A stretch of DNA of 26,056 bases from Gemmatimonadales bacterium. Its GTDB lineage: Bacteria; Gemmatimonadota; Gemmatimonadetes; Gemmatimonadales; GWC2-71-9. Below the pieces are notes generated by a model. That model was not told where the DNA came from and ran no database searches. It worked only from the letters and a program-made list of their open reading frames with translations. The stretch spans positions 1 through 26,056 of the forward strand of contig JABDII010000312.1 in assembly GCA_013003805.1 (NCBI GenBank), written 5' to 3'. Below, in pieces: positions 24,356-26,056 of the stretch. A program made the position numbers and the translations under genes. Every line of letters begins with the position of its first letter. Within the stretch, counting starts at the first letter, position 1.

Positions 24356-25855
24356 ATGATGAATACCCTCGGTACCTCGTTCTTGCATTCCCTGCGCAGT
24401 CAGTCCGCGTTTCTGGTGCCTCGAGGCGGGATCGTGTTGTGCGGTGTCGCGTTGATGTTGGCACCGACGATCGGAGAGCCACATTCGCGCGCGTGCATTC
24501 GGCCGACGCGGCCAGGCACCCAGGTCCAGGGAGAGGTCAAGATCTGTCCCGGCCGGTATCGGATGTCGGACTCGACTGAGCGAGGGGTCATTATTGTCGC
24601 CAATTCGGGTACGCGGCTCGATCTGACCGGTGTCACGCTGGAGAGTGGAGACACCGCGGCTGGTCAATTCGTCGGTACCGGAGTCGTGAGCCGGGGTGTC
24701 AGCCGGGTGACCATTTTCGGCGGAACGATTCGGGGATATCGGTATGGAATTCGGGTCGAAGGCGGAAGTGGCCACGTCATTACCAACCTCGAGCTGTCAG
24801 GGTCGCGGAGTCAGGAGCTCCAGTCGACCCCCGACCGATTTGACGAGGCCGATTGGCTCGACATTTTCCGGCCTGACTCGTTCGAACAGTATGGCGGCGG
24901 CCTCCTCCTCAAGGACGTTGACGGTGCCTCCGTCACCGGGGTGACGGCTCAGCAGGCCCAGAACGGGATCGGCCTCATGGACGCCCGCCGAGTGTACCTG
25001 GCGGACAATGAGGTCTCACATAACAGCGGTTGGGGCATTCACCTTTGGCGTTCGTCCCACAACGTGATCGTGCGCAACCAGGCGCACCACAACGCCCGGT
25101 GCGAATCCCCATCCTACAGCCGAGGGTGCGATTCGGCCGGCATTCTCCTCCGCGAGCACAGCGATTCCAACGTGGTGGCCGAGAACACGCTCACGCATTC
25201 GGGCGACGGCTTCTTCCTGAGCGGCCATCGTCCGCTGGTCCAGCCCTCGGTTGGGAATCTGGTCTTCAGAAACGACGCCTCGTTCGCGTACCACAATGCG
25301 TTCGAGTCCACCTTCAGCGCGGGCAACACCTTCATCGAGAACCGGGCGGATAGTTCTCAGTACGGCTTCTGGCTAGGCTACTCGACCCGCACGATCGTGC
25401 GGGGCAATACGATCATTGGATCGGACAAGACGGCGGTAGCGATCGAACATGGGAGCGACAACACAATCGCCGACAATGTGATCATGGGGGCAGGGATCGG
25501 CATCCGCCTGTTTGCCCGTAACCGCGATCACGAGCCAAGCCGGGGTTACGCAATCGACGACAATGTGGTAGCGGATGTCGAGCGGGCGATCGTGCTCGAA
25601 CAAACGTCGCAGGCCAAGGTGCGCGGCAATGTGTTCGACGAGGTCGGCGATGGATTCACCACCGACGCCGTTGGGATGGAGACCGAGGTGTCAGGGAACG
25701 TATTCCTTCGCGTGCGCGGCTGGTTCATCTCCGCCCCCCGTCTGACGGCCGGCGGCAACTACTGGTCGCTCCCGGATGCCAGGGCCATCACTGCGAAGAT
25801 CAAGGGTGACGTGGACATCGACCCGTGGTTCCCCGCCTCCGCCGCGGGGTTCTGA
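24356..25855 (+). CDS. Secreted right-handed parallel beta-helix repeat protein (NosD/pectin-lyase-like)
   Basis: Repeated NxxxxNxxxGI coils (HNSGWGIHL, DSAGILL, HSGDGFFL, SQYGFWL) and a hydrophobic N-terminal segment. GGAGGT lies 8 nt before ATG 24356. Confidence 0.8.
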   Translation: MMNTLGTSFLHSLRSQSAFLVPRGGIVLCGVALMLAPTIGEPHSRACIRPTRPGTQVQGEVKICPGRYRMSDSTERGVIIVANSGTRLDLTGVTLESGDTAAGQFVGTGVVSRGVSRVTIFGGTIRGYRYGIRVEGGSGHVITNLELSGSRSQELQSTPDRFDEADWLDIFRPDSFEQYGGGLLLKDVDGASVTGVTAQQAQNGIGLMDARRVYLADNEVSHNSGWGIHLWRSSHNVIVRNQAHHNARCESPSYSRGCDSAGILLREHSDSNVVAENTLTHSGDGFFLSGHRPLVQPSVGNLVFRNDASFAYHNAFESTFSAGNTFIENRADSSQYGFWLGYSTRTIVRGNTIIGSDKTAVAIEHGSDNTIADNVIMGAGIGIRLFARNRDHEPSRGYAIDDNVVADVERAIVLEQTSQAKVRGNVFDEVGDGFTTDAVGMETEVSGNVFLRVRGWFISAPRLTAGGNYWSLPDARAITAKIKGDVDIDPWFPASAAGF

Positions 25856-25880
25856 GGCCTCGGCCCAGGTCCGAGTCGAC

Positions 25881-26056
25881 CTACCCGTCCTCGTGGCCCG
25901 GCACGAGCTCCGTGTGGTAGGCACTGGGCGGGGCGTTGGGCTTGACCACCACTGACTTGGCAGGCACGCCGACGTTGACGTGGTAGGCCCGCACGTCCTT
26001 GGTGGCCACAGCGGCGGCTCCCACCATGCCGTTCTCTCGGACTCGGACGCCGGCCA
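25881..26056 (-). CDS. 3' end of a hexapeptide-repeat (left-handed beta-helix) acyltransferase (partial)
   Basis: Hand translation gives AGVRVRENGMVGAAAVATKDVRAYHVNVGVPAKSVVVKPNAPPSAYHTELVPGHEDG*, matching the 'GVxIGxxxxVGAxxVVTKDV...GxPA' C-terminal signature. Not in the ORF track. Confidence 0.8.
   Translation of the reverse strand, partial: AGVRVRENGMVGAAAVATKDVRAYHVNVGVPAKSVVVKPNAPPSAYHTELVPGHEDG

Noticed and set aside
1-26056. CRISPR arrays, tRNA/rRNA, IS elements, prophage or defence genes
   Set aside because: No regularly spaced repeats, cloverleaf-like sequences, transposase/integrase motifs or obvious compositional island were seen by eye.

Overview
GC-rich, almost fully coding bacterial chromosome segment. 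Gene content and protein style suggest Gemmatimonadota (inference, not tested). I found no rRNA, tRNA, CRISPR array or mobile element. In order: (i) a SigW-like ECF sigma / zinc anti-sigma / secreted-protein operon on the minus strand; (ii) divergent from it, a late menaquinone (futalosine-type) operon menG-ubiD(mqnL)-ubiA(mqnP)-ubiX plus a YfcE-like phosphoesterase; (iii) a minus-strand run of cystathionine gamma-lyase, M48 peptidase, purD, mutM and a truncated UvrC/Cho-like nuclease; (iv) glmM-glmS, a Cys-less 'cysteine desulfurase-like' PLP enzyme, dtd and maf; (v) a signalling/envelope block of lipoprotein + FHA-GAF-adenylate cyclase divergent from an Omp85-like barrel and a PilB/GspE ATPase fused to a receiver domain; (vi) NUDIX, a secreted beta-helix protein and the 3' end of a hexapeptide acyltransferase. 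Best leads: two correctly oriented intergenic copies of the SigW-type promoter TGAAAC-N16/17-CGTA (before the anti-sigma gene and before the M48-purD-mutM-uvrC-like run); the orphan PilB-REC fusion with a degenerate c-di-GMP motif; ubiX and the phosphoesterase in frame, separated by one TGA after a Gly linker; and an unlisted 48-aa basic ORF that exactly fills the ubiA-ubiX gap.
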